From Fistulifera solaris (lineage: Eukaryota): 64,000 bases of DNA. A program made the position numbers and the translations under genes. Below the pieces are notes generated by a model, which saw only the letters and a list, made by a program, of their open reading frames with translations, was not told the DNA's origin and made no database searches. The DNA lies in assembly GCA_030295235.1 (NCBI GenBank), contig AP026152.1, positions 682,001 through 746,000 on the forward strand, in the 5' to 3' direction. Shown piece after piece: positions 58,090 through 64,000 of this stretch (position 1 is the stretch's first letter; every line of letters starts with the position of its first letter).

Positions 58090-60117
58090 TTAGAAACCTC
58101 TACTAGCATCTCCCGCCGCCTGTCGTGCTTGCTGAAGAAAGTGCTCAACAGCAACATGATCTTTTACTCCTTTCGAAGCTTCTACACCCGAGCTCACATC
58201 GACACCAAAGGGACGAGTGCTGGCCACACAGTCAGCCACATTATCAGGCGTCAAACCACCAGCCACCAATACAGGCAATCCTTGATTTTGCAACGCCAGC
58301 GCAATCTGCCAATCAAAAGTTTTCCCAGTTCCTCCTTGTTGTCCGGGTACAGCGGTATCTAACAGAATGGCCATGGGATCGTTCGTCAATGATTGCAAAA
58401 TCGTTTGAATCGGAGAGTTTTTGTTATTGTTGTTCTCGGTTGCTGAGGGAATGTCAACGACACGCAAGACGGGGATTCCATTGTACAAGTCACGATTCGC
58501 TGCCGCCATACCTTCTGATCCGTGCAATTGAATCAGATCCAAACCAACTTGTTCACACACACTCCGTATATATTCAGGTGATTGGTTCTGAAAGACTCCC
58601 ACCACCGCCGGACGCTGCGGTGTTGCTGTTTGTGCGAGAACACGGGCTTGTTGCGTCAAATGCAACAGCGGATTGTTGAACGAAGCACTGGTAGCAGGAA
58701 ACTCCAAATGCGATGATCGCTCGCCAAACTGACGAACTGTTTGTACAATATCCTTGGCTTGTTCCATGCTTGTTACTTTCCGGGGACTTTTTTCCGCGAA
58801 AATAATTCCAATCAAATTGGCTCCGCTTTGACACGCTTTCAGGGCATCCGGAGAGTTCGTAATGCCACAGACTTTGATAATTTGAGTACCAGCCGTGTAT
58901 GCCGCAATCGAGCCGCTGCTCACATTGGTCTGGGCCTCCCAATCGTCGGGATGGAGACACAAATTTTGGATTGCTGCAACAGGATCTGACGCCCTCATTA
59001 AGGATTCTCCAATCAAACACATGCCGATACCGACTTGGCGATATCGATGTACATCCATCGCATTGGACATACCCGATAAGGCACAAAGGCTGACTTGTTG
59101 ATCATCTGGAGATCCGTGTTGATACACAATGCCTTCTTGTTGTAAGAACTCGGCCATGCGTTCCGAAGTCTGCAAATCCATTTGAAATGTGTGTAGATTG
59201 CGATTGTTGACACCAATCACGCGAGCACCTGCCTGTAAAGCGAATTTCAATTCCTCCGTCGTGTGAACTTCGACCAATGGCTCCATTTGGAAAGTATCGC
59301 GTGCATAATTCAGCAGACGTTGCAACAGGTGCAGAGGCAAGACAGCAACGATCAATAAAACCGTATCCGCTCCTGCCGCGGCAGCTTGTGCAATCATGTA
59401 TTCATTGATTACAAAGTCTTTTCGTAAAATAGCAGGACGCCGTCGGTTGTCATTGTCATAATTCTGAATGTTGTTGGTAGCCAATCGAATGTCGATCAAA
59501 TCCTGTAACGACCCTTGAAACCAACGAGGTTCCGTCAATACACTCAATATATTCGCCCCCGCGTGTGCATATCGCATCCCTTGTTCGGCGGCACTCGTAT
59601 TCTCCGGCGCCATGCGTCCCTTGGAAGGCGAGGCCCGTTTGAATTCGGCGGCTAATGCCATGGCGGGTGCTTGTTGTTGAATGACTTGTTGCAACGACAA
59701 TAAAGGTCCATGAGTCTCCGCAAACACTCTTGCAGCTTCTTCCAGTTGCTGTAAAGAAGGACTAGTCGGTAATTGCTGATAATTGTCATAATCGAGACAA
59801 ACAGTTGCCGTAATTTCCTGTAATTTACTCAATGTCTGGTCGGGAGCGACATACAAATGAGAGCCGTCGACGTCAGGATTGTCGGAATCCTGCAATAAAT
59901 TTTGCAAAGCTTGCTTCAATTGCTCCGTTGTATATTGTGCAGATGTATCGACTGTTTTAATAATGGTGTTTGTTGATGTAACGGTTCTGGACGAAGCCAT
60001 TCGCGCAAAAGAGGAAGCAGACGAAGAAGAGACGACAAAAGCACTTGTTGTCGCAATTACTAGCATGCTGCTCGCAAGCCACCACCACGAACAGTACAAG
60101 CAGTATTTGCGCAGCAT
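58090..60117 (-). CDS. trpCF: Plastid-targeted bifunctional indole-3-glycerol-phosphate synthase / phosphoribosylanthranilate isomerase
   Basis: TSA-F leader; AEFKRASPSKG, SVLTEP, LRKDF, IGVNNRNL (TrpC); KVCGIT, QLHG, GGTGKTFDW, AGGL, DVSSGVE (TrpF). Confidence 0.95.
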   Translation of the reverse strand: MLRKYCLYCSWWWLASSMLVIATTSAFVVSSSSASSFARMASSRTVTSTNTIIKTVDTSAQYTTEQLKQALQNLLQDSDNPDVDGSHLYVAPDQTLSKLQEITATVCLDYDNYQQLPTSPSLQQLEEAARVFAETHGPLLSLQQVIQQQAPAMALAAEFKRASPSKGRMAPENTSAAEQGMRYAHAGANILSVLTEPRWFQGSLQDLIDIRLATNNIQNYDNDNRRRPAILRKDFVINEYMIAQAAAAGADTVLLIVAVLPLHLLQRLLNYARDTFQMEPLVEVHTTEELKFALQAGARVIGVNNRNLHTFQMDLQTSERMAEFLQQEGIVYQHGSPDDQQVSLCALSGMSNAMDVHRYRQVGIGMCLIGESLMRASDPVAAIQNLCLHPDDWEAQTNVSSGSIAAYTAGTQIIKVCGITNSPDALKACQSGANLIGIIFAEKSPRKVTSMEQAKDIVQTVRQFGERSSHLEFPATSASFNNPLLHLTQQARVLAQTATPQRPAVVGVFQNQSPEYIRSVCEQVGLDLIQLHGSEGMAAANRDLYNGIPVLRVVDIPSATENNNNKNSPIQTILQSLTNDPMAILLDTAVPGQQGGTGKTFDWQIALALQNQGLPVLVAGGLTPDNVADCVASTRPFGVDVSSGVEASKGVKDHVAVEHFLQQARQAAGDASRGF

Positions 60118-60294
60118 CAGATTTATCAAGGAGCTTCAATTATCACGAAAAATTATAGTCTTTTGTTTGTCTCGCATCATCGCATTCATCGCGTTGTTAC
60201 ACAAAAAGCACAAAGAGCTGCAATAACAGGCTTGGCTTAAACAACGGACAGACGACGGACAATATAAGCCCAAAGTGTAAAACCTCAAATTTAC

Positions 60295-60317
60295 CAAGAC
60301 TGCTTTTCAGTCACGAC
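60295..60317. promoter_or_regulatory. 23-bp palindrome, copy 5
   Basis: Reverse complement reads gtcgtgactgaaaagcagtcttg; ~180 bp upstream of the trpCF ATG. Confidence 0.4.
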
Positions 60318-60425
60318 GCCTTATATATTTACAAGATATGTATATGATATTCTCGCTAGCCCCTGTATGTAAAAACGGAATACCAGCGAGATGCTGCTCC
60401 GCCGCGGACGACAACTTTAATCTAA

Positions 60426-61603
60426 AAACAAAAGGTTGACGGAACGAACAATGCAACGCTTCGAACGTCTACGTAAATTTCACGTAGCTCTCGTAGGGAA
60501 ATTTATCGACAGAGGGGTAACCCGGACATTGTGTATTTTCGATCACATCATTTTCCGCATTGCCGACAACACAATGTCGAGATTACTTGGCCCAACATTG
60601 CTAATGCGTGAATTAAAAACAATAATCAATTTTTATATGACAGTGATACAAGAATTAGTCGAAAGATACAACGCTTCCAGTGTCTACGCGTATGTTACGT
60701 AGCCGCCGTAGGAAATTTATCTCTGTAGGGGAACCCGGAGATTGCATTCTTCCCCATCATCCGATTCTTGGGTTTCCAGTGCACTGATGTCAATGTGATG
60801 TTGCGCAACGTATTCGCTTCGTTTCGGGAAGCATTAATCGCCATCGAATCGTAAACAAAAGGTTGACGGAACGAACAATGCAACGCTTCGAACGTCTACG
60901 TAAATTTCACGTAGCTCTCGTAGGGAAATTTATCGACAGAGGGGTAACCCGGACATTGTGTATTTTCGATCACATCATTTTCCGCATTGCCGACAACACA
61001 ATGTCGAGATTACTTGGCCCAACATTGCTAATGCGTGAATTAAAAAACAATAATCAATTTTTATATGACAGTGATACAAGAATTAGTCGAAAGATACAAC
61101 GCTTCCAGTGTCTACGCGTATGTTACGTAGCCGCCGTAGGAAATTTATCTCTGTAGGGGAACCCGGAGATTGCATTCTTCCCCATCATCCGATTCTTGGG
61201 TTTCCAGTGCACTGATGTCAATGTGATGTTGCGCAACGTATTCGCTTCGTTTCGGGAAGCATTAATCGCCATCGAATCGTAAACAAAAGGTTGACGGAAC
61301 GAACAATGCAACGCTTCGAACGTCTACGTAAATTTCACGTAGCTCTCGTAGGGAAATTTATCGACAGAGGGGTAACCCGGACATTGTGTATTTTCGATCA
61401 CACGCTTTTCATCTAACATCTAACTCTTGTAATTAAAGTGCACAAATCTCGACGTTTTTAAAAAGCGCATCGTATTGTCCTCTTATTCGGAAGCTTTTTT
61501 CATCTTTGATTTCAAAACGAAACGTTCCTAAAACGAAAAATACAACGCTTCGAACGTCTACGTAATTTCACGTACCTCTCGAAGGGAAAGTTAGATCCCG
61601 GAT
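60426..61603 (+). repeat. Higher-order tandem repeat: 427/428-bp unit of two diverged ~214-bp monomers, ~2.3 copies plus one degenerate core (family B)
   Basis: Units identical except for one A-run; cores at ~60452, 60667, 60879, 61095, 61307, 61541. Confidence 0.95.
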
Positions 61604-61930
61604 ACGGACGAAAATGGTTTTCATTTCGACTGGCACTTCCATCCATTATAAGCGAGCGAAATCAGTAAGGTTATTTGTTATTTACGCAGCGTGACGATAC
61701 GTGGCGAAGTCACGCATGTGTGGGCCTACAGCCTACATTTACGAGAATTTACCTTACTTTTCTGCTTCATGGCGGAAGAAACGCATTGAAAGCGTTACTT
61801 TGACGAAACTTAAAAGTCTTAATTCTCGGCGATGAATAGATTAAGATACGGCCGAGCGTGCGAGCGTGCGTTAACATAAAGCGTAAACATGTATTGAACT
61901 TGATACCAGGTACAGCCAGTTTCATGTCCT

Positions 61931-63296
61931 TTACTGGCCTTCATTTACGATATTGTCAGCGGCAACACTACTTTTCTCTGTCACACTCTCTTCCTCTCCT
62001 CTCTCGATGCTATCGCCTTCAGCCAGATCTGGTAGATCGTGAATAGAAATACCCCGCTTCTCTCGTTCCTGTCGAACCCATTTTAGTTGATTTTGTTGAA
62101 AGGTTTCATAGGCTCGTACAACCATATCGGCTTCCACTTGAATAGCGTGACGTATCGCTTGTACTTGATCTTGAGTCAAATGATGCAAATAGGGTTTAAT
62201 GACGGTCTGCAAGGCTTGAACAGCTTCAGTTGGTGCCATGGGGACAGGACAAGCTTCCGACAGGGGGACGCAATTGTTTCGTTAAGCCGGCAGGTAATTT
62301 CTTTGGCGGATACACGAAATGGGGACCGAAATTGGCTCGGACCGAACCGCCCAAATACAAAGACACGGCTGGATAATACACTCCGTCATCCAAGTCCGTA
62401 AAAGCTTCTCCGCCGATTCGTTTGCCCTTGGTAAGAATGAAGGTACCCATACAAGTTCCATTTTTGAAGAAGCGAATGTGATTGGCGTCTTCTCTTGTGC
62501 TGATGTACGCACTACCCTCTTCTTCATCATTATCACTACCACCATTTGCTGTCAAGAACAATGCACATCCAACCAAATCTCCAGGACCGAATCCTTCTCC
62601 ACCCCAGTCATCTTGTCGTTGCGATCGATGCAAAATAGATCCACCTTGATCTCGGATACCGTAAGACCATTTGTCGTAGCCGACGGGTGCTTGTAAATCG
62701 CCCGTCCGCATACTCCAACCCAACCGGATGTGACCTCCGACCGCACAAAGAGGTTTATTTTCTGGCGTATCGTCTCCTTCCTGCTGTTGCTCTTCAGCAT
62801 GTAAAGCCGCTTCTAATTGCTCTCGCAAGCCCGGTCCCAACCGCGCCCACGGAGGCAAACCCGCCGCAATCTCTTTCGCGGACGGCCCCGGCTGCATCAA
62901 TACTTCATAATAATACGCACCCCCACTTTCGGCCGCTTGTGACGCCCGCGCCATGCGATATCCCCGTACGACCGTCGGTGTGACGCTACAACGTGCGACA
63001 TCGGGACATTTCAATTGCGGTGCCATATCCGCTTTATTCCAGTGCACCCACGGAGGACGATCGTGCAATGCTTTCGGGACCCAAACCAGCAATTGATCTT
63101 CGGTAGGAATAATTCCTTGTTGTTGTAAACTACTCGCTGTGGCGTGATAATTGTGTTGCGTACAGAATTGAGCAATGGCGGTGAACGCGGCGTGCAACAA
63201 AGGATCCGTATCCATCAAGCCGCGAACGCGTTTGCGATTCGTTGCGGCGTTGAATGACGAAGAAGGGGGAGGCGTTAAAGATCTTTCTGATGACAT
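61931..63296 (-). CDS. ASH2L: ASH2L/Bre2-like SPRY-domain COMPASS subunit (frameshift at 62263-62267)
   Basis: GYRMARA, YYYEV, HIRLGWS, LQAPVGYDKWSYG, YYPAVSLY and NFGP motifs. Confidence 0.85.
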
Positions 63297-63649
63297 TGTA
63301 GAAACGAACGAAAGATGTCAATGAGAAAAGGATAATAATGTTTGCAGAAGGAGATAATAATGCGATAATAGCTGCGTCGCAACGATGAAGATCGAGGCCG
63401 TCGTCCGCACGCGATCCGCGACGATGCGGCGAGCGGCGAGAATGTCTTTTGAAGCCAGTCCGACGCGACCAAGAAAGCTGGGGACGGATGATCCGCACTG
63501 ATTTTGCAGTAATTACAAAGAATTAAAGGACAAAAAGCAAATACAACTAAAGACAATTAAATTTTGCTTTGGGCAATCAAAACAAATGAAAGGTGTACAG
63601 TACCAGTAGAGCGCAATGAAGCTGATGTGCATGCACTTTCAAAATTTGA

Positions 63650-63671
63650 ATCATGACTGAATGCAGTCGTG
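63650..63671. promoter_or_regulatory. Palindrome, copy 6 (22 bp)
   Basis: atcatgactgaatgcagtcgtg, ~355 bp upstream of the ASH2L-like ATG. Confidence 0.4.
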
Positions 63672-63908
63672 GTTAAATGAACCGACACTATGCGTCTATA
63701 GCAATGTTAGGTGCACGATCCGGCGCCGCTTTCTGCCCCAAACTAGTCTATGATAAGCCGCGGAAGTTCAATGATTAGACTCTAGTCTAGTTTCCATACA
63801 AGGTCAAAGAGATACGAATAACCTCTGCGATAATTATTCAGTAACAATCGAAAACTTACAAAAAATGTGTCTCGTCAAAGTTTGGAGCTCTAGGCGTTTA
63901 CCCGTAGT

Positions 63909-64000
63909 TTAGTAGTCATTGGAGTCGTAGCCGGAGTAACCGCTGAATTCCGCAAAGTTGTTGCCATCATCGTCATTGTCTTCTTCGTCATCATTGTTCG
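63909..64000 (-). CDS. Acidic 3' end of a gene continuing beyond the window
   Basis: Open minus frame NNDDEEDNDDDGNNFAEFSGYSGYDSNDY* reaching the window edge. Confidence 0.4.
   Translation of the reverse strand, partial: NNDDEEDNDDDGNNFAEFSGYSGYDSNDY

Noticed and set aside
58090..60117. TrpC-TrpF fusion as a novelty
   Set aside because: IGPS-PRAI fusions are well known in bacteria and several eukaryotic lineages.
60426..61603. Retrozyme or self-cleaving ribozyme array, or repeat-spacer guide array
   Set aside because: No hammerhead (CTGANGA/GAAA), twister or HDV core found by eye on either strand, and inter-core segments are repeated rather than unique. The same holds for the 242-bp family.
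9216..62267. Programmed ribosomal frameshifting or mass pseudogenisation
   Set aside because: Shifts go in both directions, share no slippery motif, always coincide with homopolymers and hit essential genes; assembly error is more parsimonious.

Overview
Gene-dense eukaryotic nuclear DNA, most likely from a diatom. The evidence is short GT-AG introns, signal peptide plus 'SAF/ESF/HAF'-type bipartite plastid-targeting leaders, a bZIP-PAS factor, an SLC4/BOR transporter and a signal-peptide-bearing Npl4. The window holds about 30 protein genes, including TDP1, RAD6/UBC2, EMG1/NEP1, TrpC-TrpF, an ASH2L-like protein, a PfkB-isomerase fusion and a polysaccharide deacetylase, plus one tRNA-Glu(CTC). 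About a dozen genes are broken by single-base shifts at homopolymer runs, most likely assembly errors. The most unusual signal is intergenic. (1) Three dispersed tandem-repeat families: 242/234-bp units, ~214-bp heterodimeric units, and CCAGAWTTTCTGG palindrome minisatellites. (2) Repeat copies in which a plain TA has become TACAGTA or TACCTGGTA, resembling transposon excision footprints. TACCWGGTA occurs at least 10 times, always outside CDS, which suggests a TA-targeting element with an unusual 5-nt footprint. (3) A 23-bp imperfect palindrome about 135-355 bp upstream of six start codons. (4) A candidate structured ncRNA next to the tRNA. All calls come from manual motif recognition; no database searches were run.
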